A stretch of DNA of 23,314 nt from contig JAYZQJ010000154.1 of NCBI GenBank assembly GCA_036149055.1, positions 1 to 23,314 of the forward strand, given 5' to 3'. Below, in pieces: positions 7,569 through 16,308 of this stretch (position 1 is its first letter; each line of letters opens with the position of its first letter). The translations under genes and the position numbers were made by a program. Under the pieces are notes generated by a model that had not been told where the DNA came from, did no database searches, and saw nothing but the letters and a program-made list of their open reading frames with translations. The stretch comes from Myxococcota bacterium. Its GTDB lineage: Bacteria > Myxococcota_A > Polyangia > Polyangiales > Sandaracinaceae.

Positions 7569-9897
7569 ACTTCTCGGTCAGCACCGGGTCGGCGGACATC
7601 TTCGCGCCCCACGCCTGGGCCACGGTGCCGTAGCTCATCATGTCGAGCCCGTAGCGGCCGAGCGCGCCCTGCATGTCGCCGCGCTGCATGCCTCGGAGGA
7701 TCGCGACGTAGTCGCTGAGCCGCGCGACCGGCTGCCCGGGGAAGACCTCGGGATCCGGGTCGGCGTCGCCTTCGTTCAGCTGCCGCTGCGCCGCCTGCTG
7801 CTGGGCCATGCGGAGGTGCATGTCCTGCTGGCCCTGCTGGATGCGGTCCATCGCCGCGACCTCCTCCCCGCTGACGCCCATCGCGGCGAGCTTCCGGCTC
7901 CGCTCGAGCAGCAGGAAGCGCTCGTGCAGCTCCGGGCTCGCGTTCAGCGCCTCCTGCCATTCGGGGATCGGCGGGCCGCCGTCGGCGCGGCGCTCGACGT
8001 ACTCCTCGAGCGTCAGCCCGGCGTAGCGGCGGACCGGCGGGCGCACGACGTTCTTGGTGCGCACGGCGCCGTGGTAGCGGTCGATCCACTCCTCGAGCTC
8101 GCGCCGCTCGCCGGCGTCGGCCAGCCCGAGCCACACCTCGGCGAGCGGGAGCTCCCAGGCCGTGAAGCCGCGCTCGGGGATCAGGGTGCGCAGCCAGCGG
8201 AAGATCCCGAGCACCTCGCCCTGGATGGCGGGGCTCTCGTGCACGCGCCAGCCGAAGGCCACGATGGCGGCCGCGGTCACCCAGTCGCTCGGGCCGTAGA
8301 CCATCGAGTAGAGCGCGGCGCGGGCGCTGCCGGTGTCCCACGGGCCGAGGTGCGAGAGCGTCGCCGCGGTCGCGACCTGGCAGCGCCACGTCCAGGTGAA
8401 GGCGTCGAAGCCGTCCTCGGGGAGCGGCGGGTTCGTCAGCACCGAGAGCAGCTCGTGGTAGCGCGCGGCGTGCTCCTGGGCGGCGGCGCGCGCCATCGGA
8501 TCCCAGCGCTCGCGGGAGAACGGCGCCCGCGCGATCGCCGCGACGCTCGCCTGGGCCGCCGCGTCGCCCTGCGGGTGGGCCTTCACCGCGCGCTCGCCCT
8601 CGTGGCGCCAGACCGGCGTGCTGACCTGCGCCTTGTCGAGCCGCGGGTCCGGCTGCTGGATCTCCTCGACCTCGAAGTCGAGCGAGCCGGTCGCGCCGAG
8701 CGCCCGCATCGCCAGGTCGAAGGCGACGCCCACGCTCGGCGAGTCGAGGTGTCGCGAGGTCATGCCGAGCGAGAGGTGCCCGCCGACGCCGCAGCAGCGC
8801 ACGACGTGGGCGATCTCGCTCGAGAGGTGGCGCGCGGCCGCCAGGGTCGCGTCGCCCGGCCCGGGGAGCACGGTGACGTAGGGGACCGGCGGGTCGACCT
8901 CGTCGGCCAGCTGGCGCACGTGCGCGTCCCACCAGCGGCGCTCGCGGGCCCGGATCAGCGCCTCCCGATCGGCCTCGCCCCGCTGCGCGCGCCAGCGAGT
9001 GAACCAGAGGGCCTCCTGCGCGCCGGGGTAGTCCGGCTGCCGCTGCAGCAGCTCCTCGAACAGCTGGGCCGCGTCCCCGTTGCGCGCCTCGTCGGCGTAC
9101 GCCCAGGCCGCGTCGTGGAGGGGCGACAGCTCGTTCGGCGCGATGCGCAGCGACTCCCGCGCCTGCGCGAGCGCGTCGTCCGGCCGGCCCGCGTCGCGGT
9201 AGGCGTTGGCCAGCGCCGAGCGCAGCCGCCAGTCCTCGGACCACAGGCCGACGCCCTCCTCGGCGACCTGAATGGTGCGCTCGGGCTCACCGAGGCGACG
9301 ACGGATCATCGACTCGCCGAACCAGAGCACGCTCTCGGTGCGGTAGACGCCGCGGAGCGCGGCGAACACCTCGGCGGCGGCGCGCAGGCCGATCACCCGG
9401 AGGTCGCCGTCCTCGGGCGGGGCGGGCGTCTTCAGGGCCACGCCGAGCGCGGTCTTCACCACCGTCGGGAAGAGCACGTCCCACGGCACGCTCTCGATCA
9501 CCGCCGGCTGGAGCCAGCGCTGCACCCAGTAGAAGTAGGGGACGTGCGGGGCGACGCCGATGGCCGCCGTCAGCAGGTCGAGCGCCTCCGGGAGCCGCCG
9601 CTGCATCATCAGCACCCGGGCCCGCCCAGCCGCGGTCGCCACGTGAATCGCGCCGGACGCGATCGGGAGCGTCGAGAGCGGGTCGTCGGTCGACGTCACG
9701 ATCTCGTCGAAGGTGTCGAGGTACTCCCGCTCGTTCGGGTAGAGCATCAAGAGGTCCGACGCGTGCAGCGTCGCCGTCTGGAGCTCGCCGCGCCCGTGCG
9801 CCTCGCGGGCCAGCGTGTGCACCCGCCCGGCGAGCTCGCGTCGCTCCTGCTGCGCGGCCGGGAGCGCCTGGGGGTCGAGGGTCTCGCCAGGGTTCAT
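7546..9897 (-). CDS. Tetratricopeptide-repeat protein (783 aa) with unknown C-terminal helical domains
   Basis: TPR-like helices (ALANAYRDAGRPDDALAQARESLRIAP; AAWAYADEARNGDAAQLFEELLQRQPDY). Natural amino-acid composition. Met/Gln-rich C-terminus. Confidence 0.8.
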   Translation of the reverse strand: MNPGETLDPQALPAAQQERRELAGRVHTLAREAHGRGELQTATLHASDLLMLYPNEREYLDTFDEIVTSTDDPLSTLPIASGAIHVATAAGRARVLMMQRRLPEALDLLTAAIGVAPHVPYFYWVQRWLQPAVIESVPWDVLFPTVVKTALGVALKTPAPPEDGDLRVIGLRAAAEVFAALRGVYRTESVLWFGESMIRRRLGEPERTIQVAEEGVGLWSEDWRLRSALANAYRDAGRPDDALAQARESLRIAPNELSPLHDAAWAYADEARNGDAAQLFEELLQRQPDYPGAQEALWFTRWRAQRGEADREALIRARERRWWDAHVRQLADEVDPPVPYVTVLPGPGDATLAAARHLSSEIAHVVRCCGVGGHLSLGMTSRHLDSPSVGVAFDLAMRALGATGSLDFEVEEIQQPDPRLDKAQVSTPVWRHEGERAVKAHPQGDAAAQASVAAIARAPFSRERWDPMARAAAQEHAARYHELLSVLTNPPLPEDGFDAFTWTWRCQVATAATLSHLGPWDTGSARAALYSMVYGPSDWVTAAAIVAFGWRVHESPAIQGEVLGIFRWLRTLIPERGFTAWELPLAEVWLGLADAGERRELEEWIDRYHGAVRTKNVVRPPVRRYAGLTLEEYVERRADGGPPIPEWQEALNASPELHERFLLLERSRKLAAMGVSGEEVAAMDRIQQGQQDMHLRMAQQQAAQRQLNEGDADPDPEVFPGQPVARLSDYVAILRGMQRGDMQGALGRYGLDMMSYGTVAQAWGAKMSADPVLTEKFNRMMQS

Positions 9898-9928
9898 GCC
9901 GCGAGCCTGGCCAAGCCCGCGCCCCCGG

Positions 9929-10273
9929 TCAACGGTCGTAGCGGCCTTCGTCGGGGAGCGCGGCGCCGGCGTTCAGCGCTCTCGCGAGCTCGAGGAGGCG
10001 GGGCCCGTCCATGCGCGCGTACCAGGCCTGATCCAACCCGGGGTGATCGGCGGCCGCGAAGTAGCAGGTCGCGTTCGGGCCGAAGCTGCAGGCGCCGAGG
10101 CAGCCCGACTCGGTGAGCCGCACCTTGCCGCCGGCGGTGTAGTAGGCGAGCCGCTCGCGCTCGAGATCCGACCACAAACGCGCGAAGAGCTCCGCGCTCC
10201 CGCGCTCGCGGCAGCGCTTCCCGGTGCAGACCAACAGGTGCGCGCGGGTCTGGAAGAAGAGCGGCTGGCTCAC
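9929..10273 (-). CDS. Thioredoxin-like [2Fe-2S] ferredoxin
   Basis: GTG start overlaps the upstream TGA (GTGA). HLLVCTGKRC...GSAEL...VRLTESGCLGACSFGP...WY gives the C-x4-C...C-x3-C-x2-GP pattern of thioredoxin-fold [2Fe-2S] ferredoxins. 114 aa. Confidence 0.85.
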   Translation of the reverse strand: MSQPLFFQTRAHLLVCTGKRCRERGSAELFARLWSDLERERLAYYTAGGKVRLTESGCLGACSFGPNATCYFAAADHPGLDQAWYARMDGPRLLELARALNAGAALPDEGRYDR

Positions 10274-11175
10274 GCCACGCTCACCAGGCGCGCGTCGGCG
10301 GGGGAGGGCGGAGCCACGCGGTCGGGGTGGAAGATGCCGGCGAGGGTGCGGGCCGCGTCGGCGGCGGAGCTCGGCGTCAGCCGCGAGAGGAGGCGCACCG
10401 CGTCGACCGCCCAGCTGGGCTGCCGCGCCGCCGCGCGCCCGACCGGCTTGCCCTCGGCCTGGAGCCGCGACAGCTCGGCCGCCGCCTGCTCGGTCGTGTA
10501 GCCGCAGGGCGTGAACACCAGCAGCTCCGCCTCCGGGAGCGGCCCGCTCACCCGGCGCGAGGGCCCGCCCGGCGCGGCGAGCACGTCGCGGCCGCCGGCG
10601 ACGCCGATCAGCTCCGGCACCCAGTGCCCGGCCGAGAACGGCGGATCGCCCCACTCGAGCCCGAGCACCCGCCGCACCGGCGCCCCGCGGAGCGCGCCCC
10701 GCACCTCGTCGAGCGCGGCGCGGAGCTCGCCCACCACGCGCTCGGCCGCCTCGGTCCGGTCGGCCGCGTAGCCGATCGCGCGCAGATCCCGCTCCAGCCC
10801 CTCCAGGTTCGTCGCCCCGAGGCGGAGCAGGTGGGCGCCGTCCGGGAGCTTGCCGCGCAGCGACGCGCCGTTCACCGCGCACACGTCGCAGACGTCCTGG
10901 GCGATCACGAGGTCGGGGGAGAGGGCGGCGAGCGCGTCGAGGTCGGTGCGGTAGAGCGGCGCGCCCTCGGCGACCGCGGCCGACACCGCGCGATCGATCT
11001 CGGCCGGGTCCCGCTCCGGCGCCGCGCCCAGGGTGCTCTCGGTGAGGACGGGCAGGCCGGCGGCCGACGGGTGATCGCACTCGTGCGAGATCCCGACGAG
11101 CGCGCGCTCGAGACCGAGGGCCAGCACCAGATCGGTGGCCGAGGGGACGAGCGTGGCGATGCGGAGCTGGGTCAT
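10270..11175 (-). CDS. BtuF/TroA-like (class III) substrate-binding-fold protein, 'cobalamin-binding protein' type, no signal peptide
   Basis: Start MTQLRIATLVPSATDLVLALG...VGISHECDHP. Further motifs PDLVIAQDVCDVCAV, LEWGDPPFSAGHWVPELIGVAGG, PCGY. 301 aa. Confidence 0.85.
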   Translation of the reverse strand: MTQLRIATLVPSATDLVLALGLERALVGISHECDHPSAAGLPVLTESTLGAAPERDPAEIDRAVSAAVAEGAPLYRTDLDALAALSPDLVIAQDVCDVCAVNGASLRGKLPDGAHLLRLGATNLEGLERDLRAIGYAADRTEAAERVVGELRAALDEVRGALRGAPVRRVLGLEWGDPPFSAGHWVPELIGVAGGRDVLAAPGGPSRRVSGPLPEAELLVFTPCGYTTEQAAAELSRLQAEGKPVGRAAARQPSWAVDAVRLLSRLTPSSAADAARTLAGIFHPDRVAPPSPADARLVSVA

Positions 11176-11205
11176 TCGGAGAGCGTTCGGGTAGCATGAC
11201 GCCCC

Positions 11206-12168
11206 GTGGAGATCGAAGGGAGGGCGGTCGCCATCACCGGCGTGGGCGGCTTCATCGGCCGGCGGGTCGCGGCGCTCGCCCGGGCTCGCGGCGCGCGGGT
11301 GCGGGGGATCGATCTCGACGCGGCGGCGGCCGCCCGCGCGGTCGAGGACGGGGTCGACGCGCGGCCCGGCGACGTGACCGATCCGGCGTCGGCGGCCTGG
11401 CTGACCCGGGGCGCCGACGTGGTCGTGCACGCGGCCGCGGTGGTGAAGGAGGCGGGGCCGATGCCGCTCTTCGAGGCGGTGAACGTGGGCGGGACCCGGA
11501 CGGTGGCCGCCGCCGCGCGCGAGGCGGGGGTCGCGCGCTTCGTGCACCTCTCCTCGGTCATGGTCTACGGCTTCGACTTCCCGGACGGCGTCGAGGAGGA
11601 GGGCCCGTACCCCTGCACCGAGACCAACCCCTACGTCGTCACCAAGCTCCGCAGCGAGGGCACCGCGATGGCCTTCCACGGCGAGATGGGGGTCACGATC
11701 CTCCGCCCCGGCGACGTGTACGGCCGGGGCTCCGGCCCCTGGGTGGATCGCCCGCTCGGGCTCATGCGGCAGGGCCTGATGATCCTCCCGGACGGGGGCC
11801 GCGGCGTCTTGAACCTGGTGCACGTCGACGACCTGGCCCGCGCGATCCTCAACGCGGTGGCGCGCGACGTGACCGGGCTCCCGATCAACGTGTGCGACGG
11901 CGCGCGCACGACCTGCGCCGACTACTTCGGGGCCCTCGCGGAGGCGGCCGGCCTGCCGCGGCCCCGCGCCGCGCCGCTGTCCTTGTTGCGCCCGCTCTTC
12001 GCGTCGATCGAGGCGGCGGCCGACGCGGTGGGGCGTGAGCCGCCGGCCCGGGTCGACGCGCTCCGCTACCTGCTGCGGCCGGGCGTCTACTCGAACGCGC
12101 GGGCCCGGTCGCTCCTCGGCTGGGCGCCCTCGGTCGCGTGGGCCGACGGGATCCGCGACTGCGTGTAG
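11206..12168 (+). CDS. NAD-dependent epimerase/dehydratase (extended SDR)
   Basis: TGVGGFIG Rossmann motif, VVHAAA, VNVGGT, HLSS, YVVTK catalytic YxxxK, RPGDVYG, LVHVDDLA. Confidence 0.92.
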   Translation: MEIEGRAVAITGVGGFIGRRVAALARARGARVRGIDLDAAAAARAVEDGVDARPGDVTDPASAAWLTRGADVVVHAAAVVKEAGPMPLFEAVNVGGTRTVAAAAREAGVARFVHLSSVMVYGFDFPDGVEEEGPYPCTETNPYVVTKLRSEGTAMAFHGEMGVTILRPGDVYGRGSGPWVDRPLGLMRQGLMILPDGGRGVLNLVHVDDLARAILNAVARDVTGLPINVCDGARTTCADYFGALAEAAGLPRPRAAPLSLLRPLFASIEAAADAVGREPPARVDALRYLLRPGVYSNARARSLLGWAPSVAWADGIRDCV

Positions 12169-12177
12169 CATCGAGGC

Positions 12178-13580
12178 GTGGAGATCCAGTTCCTGGGGGC
12201 GGCGCAGACGGTCACGGGGTCGATGCACCTCGTGAAGACGCCGGAGGCCAACGTGTTGCTCGAGTGCGGGCTCTTCCAGGGCCGCCGCCGCGAGTCTCGA
12301 GAGCGCAACGAGTCGCTCCCGTTCCGGGCGCGCGACGTCGACGTCTGCGTGCTCAGCCACGCGCACATCGATCACTGCGGGCTGCTCCCGATGCTGGTGA
12401 AGAGCGGCTTCCGCGGCCCGATCTACTGCACGCCGGCCACCCGGGATCTCTGCGCCGCGATGCTCGAGGACTCGGCGATGATCCAGGCGCACGACGCCCG
12501 GTATCTGAACCGCAAGATCGAGCGCGAGGAGCTCGACTCGGAGCCGATCGAGCCGCTCTACGACCTCGACGACGTGGTGAAGACGCTCGGTCAGATGATC
12601 GGCGTGCCGTACCACCGCCGCACGCCGATCGCGAAGGGCGTCGAGCTGACCTTCCTCGACGCGGGGCACGTGCTCGGCAGCGCGGTGGTGGCCCTCGACG
12701 TCGACGACGTGGGCGCCGAGCGACGGGTGGTCTTCACCGGGGATCTCGGCCGCAGCCACATGCCGATCCTGCGCGACCCGGAGGTGCCCTCGGGGGCGTC
12801 GTTCCTGATCAGCGAGAGCACCTACGGCGACCGCCTGCACGGCCCGATCGAGCGCATGGACGACGAGCTCGCCGAGACCCTGACCCGCACCGTCGACCGG
12901 GGCGGCAAGGTCATCATCCCCTCGTTCGCGCTCGAGCGCGCCCAGGAGGTGGTCTACGCGCTCAAGCGTCTGAAGCGCGCCGGGCGCATGCCCGAGGTGC
13001 CGGTCTACGTCGACTCGCCGCTCACCGTGAAGGTGACCGACATCTTCAAGGCGCACCCCGACTGCTACGACGCCGAGACCCGCCGCGAGCTCGCCGGCGC
13101 CGACTCCCCCTTCGAGTTCGAGGGCCTGACCTACGTGCAGTCGGTGGAGGAGTCCAAGCGCATCACCCACTCGAGCGATCCCTGCGTGGTGATCAGCGCG
13201 AGCGGCATGTGCGAGAGCGGCCGCGTGCTCCACCACCTGAAGGCGGGCATCGGCTCGCCGGACAACACGGTGATGATCGTCGCTGGCAAGCGCAGCACAC
13301 CCTCGGCCGGCGCCTCGTCGAGGGCCGCATGCGGGTCAAGATCTTCGGCCTCGAGCGCGAGCGTCGCTGCGACGTGAAGGTGCTCAACGGCTTCTCCGCC
13401 CACGCCGACAAGGACGACCTCGTCGCCTTCGCCGAGGCGGTGCGCGACGCCGGCCCCCTCACCCGCGTCGCCCTCGTGCACGGCGATCCGGTGCCCCAGC
13501 GCTCCCTGAAGGAGGCCCTCGAGGAGCGCGGCTTCCCCGACGTCCGGGTGCCCGCCTTCCGTGATGAAATCCGCGTCTAG
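12178..13580 (+). pseudogene. beta-CASP metallo-beta-lactamase-fold nuclease with a 1-bp frameshift near 13282 (true pseudogene or sequencing error)
   Basis: First frame: FLGAAQTVTGS, ECGLFQG, SHAHIDHCG, AGHVLGS, FTGDLG, ESTYG, IIPSFALERAQE, SASGMCESGRVLHHL, NTVMIV. The expected continuation WQAQHTLGRRL...GFSAHAD...VHG is in another frame ending at TAG 13580. Adding one G (GTC G[G]C TGG) restores a 467-aa ORF. Confidence 0.85.
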
Positions 13581-13609
13581 GCTGCCCTCTGCTGTCCCGA
13601 TCGTCGTCG

Positions 13610-13950
13610 GCTCGGCCGCTCCGTACTCGCAGGAAGCTCGGCCGCTCCCTACTCGCAGGAAGGGAGGAAGGTCGGAAGGGGGAGGGAAGAGGAGGTGGGC
13701 AGCGGGGTGGTGGGCTGGCCACCCCCAGGCCGTCGGTGGGGGCGGACCAGTCACCTGGGGCGGACCTGCCCCCCATAGCTCTCTGAGCCCCTCTCCTCGT
13801 TTCCCACCTTCCTCGCTTCCTGCGAGTGGAGGGGCCGAGGGGGTGGGTGCTCAGTCCCAGGCGGTCAGCGGCCCCGCCCCAACCCTCTGAGCCTCTCTCC
13901 TCGTTTCCCACCTTCCTCGCTTCCTGCGAGTGGAGGGGTCGAGAGGGTGG
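13610..13950. repeat. Intergenic cluster of a 66-bp element: two direct copies plus degenerate inverted copies
   Basis: 13781-13846 and 13885-13950 match at 63/66 nt. 13637-13692 is a degenerate reverse-complement copy (ACTCGCAGGAAG(G/C)GAGGAAGGT(C/G)GGAA). A 26-bp tandem duplication lies at 13610-13635/13636-13661 (1 mismatch). Confidence 0.9.
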
Positions 13951-13978
13951 CTGGTAGGGAGGCGGCGAGGCGGGGGCG

Positions 13979-14638
13979 CTACGGGAGGGGCCGGCCGAGC
14001 TCGTCCCCGAGCTGATCGAGGAAGCCGCGCATGAAGGTGACGCGGCGCTCGGCCTCGGCGCGGCCGACGGCGGTGCGGAAGGTCGCCGGGAGGCGGAGCA
14101 GCTTGGTGAAGAAGTGGTCGACCGTGAAGCGCAGGTCGTCGTGCTCGCGGGCCTCGGCCCAGGGGTCGCCGGGATGGAAGTAGCGGGCGCCCATGCGGGT
14201 GCCGGTGGAGACGGTGCGGAAGAGGCCGAGCGCGCCGACCGCCTCGAGTCGATCGGCGTCCTGGAGCGCGTCCCCGAGCGGGCTCCGCGGGGTGGCGCCG
14301 CGGCTGTAGGAGTGGTCCTCGATGGCGTCGGCGATCAGGTCCACGCGCTCGAAGCCGAGCTCGCCCAGGATGTCGCGCGCCCTGGCCGCGCTCAGGCCGG
14401 ACGCCTTCGCGCGGCGCGGGTCGTTCTTCTCGAGGTTCACCACGTCGTGCAGCAGCGCGGCCGCCACCGCGTCGCGCGGCTCGCCTCCGCAGCGCATGGC
14501 CCAGCCGGCGACCCGGAGGCAGTGCTCGAGGTCGTGCCCGGGATCGTCCTGCGGCAAGAGCGGCGTCACCCGCTCGAGCAAGGCCGAGAGGCGCGGGTCG
14601 GAGGCGATGGTGTCCAGGGCGAGGGTTCGCGGGTTCAT
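13979..14638 (-). CDS. HD-domain phosphohydrolase (YedJ-like)
   Basis: ATG 14638 overlaps the upstream TGA (ATGA). Motifs GHDLEHCLRV, ALLHDVV, HSYSRG, QDADRLEAVGALG, DHFFTKLLRL. 219 aa. Confidence 0.9.
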   Translation of the reverse strand: MNPRTLALDTIASDPRLSALLERVTPLLPQDDPGHDLEHCLRVAGWAMRCGGEPRDAVAAALLHDVVNLEKNDPRRAKASGLSAARARDILGELGFERVDLIADAIEDHSYSRGATPRSPLGDALQDADRLEAVGALGLFRTVSTGTRMGARYFHPGDPWAEAREHDDLRFTVDHFFTKLLRLPATFRTAVGRAEAERRVTFMRGFLDQLGDELGRPLP

Positions 14639-15258
14639 GCGCAGGTCCAGGCGAGGCAGAGCTGGGAGAAGAAGTAGAGCGGCGTGCCCCAGAGTCGGTT
14701 CGCGAGCGACCGCTTCACGAACCGGTCGCGCGCCACCGCGAGATCGGAGAGATAGAAGCCCACGGCGCCGAGCAGGATGCGCGGGTCGGAGGCGACGGGG
14801 AGGGTGGCGATCGCGAGCGCGACCATCGCGGTGATCACCAGCACGTAGAGCGTCACCGGGCCGCGCATCTTCGAGGGCAGGTGCGGCCAGAGCCAGCGGA
14901 GCGCGATCGCGGCGGGGAGGGTGAGCGCGGCGAGCGACACCCCGGCCCAGGTCGGGTCGACGCCGCGCACCCCGAACGCGACCGCGTAGCCCACGTGGCC
15001 GAGCAGGAACGCGAAGATCCCGCCGAGGAAGATCGCCTTGCGCTCGCGCGGGATGAGCAGGACGTCGCCGAGCGCCGCGAGCACGAGCCCGGCGAAGATC
15101 ACGCGGCCGTAGTCGTCCTCGAGCGCGCCCCAGGCGATCGCGGCGCCGAGGAAGGTCGCTGCGGCGGCGGGCTTGAGCGCCCACACCCAGGCGCGGCGCT
15201 CGCGGTGGTGGGCGAGCAGCAGCCCACCGACCAGGGCGGTCATGAGGATCCACGGCAC
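14635..15258 (-). CDS. yhhN: YhhN-family membrane protein (lysoplasmalogenase-like)
   Basis: Multi-TM protein with LKP, LGDVLL, G-x-x-AFLLGHVGY, YVLVITAM, GAVGFYLSD, RDRF, PLYFFSQ, the characteristic YhhN/TMEM86 motifs. Confidence 0.88.
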   Translation of the reverse strand: MPWILMTALVGGLLLAHHRERRAWVWALKPAAAATFLGAAIAWGALEDDYGRVIFAGLVLAALGDVLLIPRERKAIFLGGIFAFLLGHVGYAVAFGVRGVDPTWAGVSLAALTLPAAIALRWLWPHLPSKMRGPVTLYVLVITAMVALAIATLPVASDPRILLGAVGFYLSDLAVARDRFVKRSLANRLWGTPLYFFSQLCLAWTCA

Positions 15259-15282
15259 GCGCGGACCATAGCTCGTTCGACG

Positions 15283-16272
15283 TCAGCAGCCGCCGCCGCC
15301 GCCCTCCACCACCGTCAGCTCGGCGCTCGGTCCGCCCCACGGGACGCCGTGCGGCCCGCTGAAGTACCCGCTCGGCGCGGGCGGGTCGTCGAGGAGCAGA
15401 TCGGCGGTGGGCGAGAAGAGCCCCGAGCCCATGTTGTTCGTCGAGGTCACGCCCGCGGGCCAGTCGAGGGTCACCACGTCGTCGAACGCGCCGTGCATGT
15501 CCGGGTGGCGGAGGAGGAAGACGCGGGCGTCCGCGGCGTCGTGGAGCGGGTTGGCCTCGCCCAGGTCGGTGAGCGCGGGGAGACACGAGCCGTCCGCCGC
15601 CCGCACCGGGGCGGTCGCGTTGACGACCGTGCCGTAGAGCGCGAAGCGGGGCTGCCCGGTGCCGACCGGATCCACCACCGTCTCGTCGAGCGCGGCGTCG
15701 AGCTCGATCCGCACCCGCGCGTTCAGCGACTCGAACGCGAAGCGCGTCTCACCGCCGCTCGACTCGCGCTCGGAGACGACGCCCTCCAGCGTCAGCCCTC
15801 GCAGCGGCCGCATCAGGACCCGGTCGTCGATCCGCGCCACCGGGGTGACCGACTCGATCGCGCCATCGACGAGGGAGGCGCGATAGAGATGGTAGCCGTA
15901 GCGCCGCGCGCTCTGCTCCGCGGCCACCCACGGCTCGGAGCCGACCGGGAGATCCCCGGCGCGGGTCCGGAACACGAGCTGCTCGTCGGCCACCGCGAGG
16001 CCGCCGTACGCGACGCCGGCCGAGTCGGCGGGGAGGCGCACCCGCGGAGACGTCTCGAAGGCGGTCAGGCAGACGTCGATCGGCTGGCCGTCGAGCATCT
16101 CGCGCGCGACCTCGGCGCAGATCGGCCCGCCTGGTGGCCCCCCGTCGGTCTGGCGGCCCGCGTCGTCCCGGCCCGCGTCGGTCACGCGTCCGCCGTCGTC
16201 GGGATCGGTCGCGCCGTCGTCGCAGGCGGCGAGGAGGAGAAGGAGCGCGAGGGGGCGGGCGAAGCGAGGCAT
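15283..16272 (-). CDS. Putative lipoprotein of unknown function
   Basis: N-terminus MPRFARPLALLLLLAAC (lipobox), then an Asp/Gly-rich DAG linker and a globular-looking domain. 329 aa. Confidence 0.8.
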   Translation of the reverse strand: MPRFARPLALLLLLAACDDGATDPDDGGRVTDAGRDDAGRQTDGGPPGGPICAEVAREMLDGQPIDVCLTAFETSPRVRLPADSAGVAYGGLAVADEQLVFRTRAGDLPVGSEPWVAAEQSARRYGYHLYRASLVDGAIESVTPVARIDDRVLMRPLRGLTLEGVVSERESSGGETRFAFESLNARVRIELDAALDETVVDPVGTGQPRFALYGTVVNATAPVRAADGSCLPALTDLGEANPLHDAADARVFLLRHPDMHGAFDDVVTLDWPAGVTSTNNMGSGLFSPTADLLLDDPPAPSGYFSGPHGVPWGGPSAELTVVEGGGGGC

Positions 16273-16308
16273 GGGGCGACTCTTCGCGCCCGGGCGTGGC
16301 CCCGCCAG

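Noticed and set aside
13270..13300. Programmed ribosomal frameshift in the MBL nuclease
   Set aside because: No slippery heptamer or homopolymer at the site, and a conserved Gly codon is simply missing one base.
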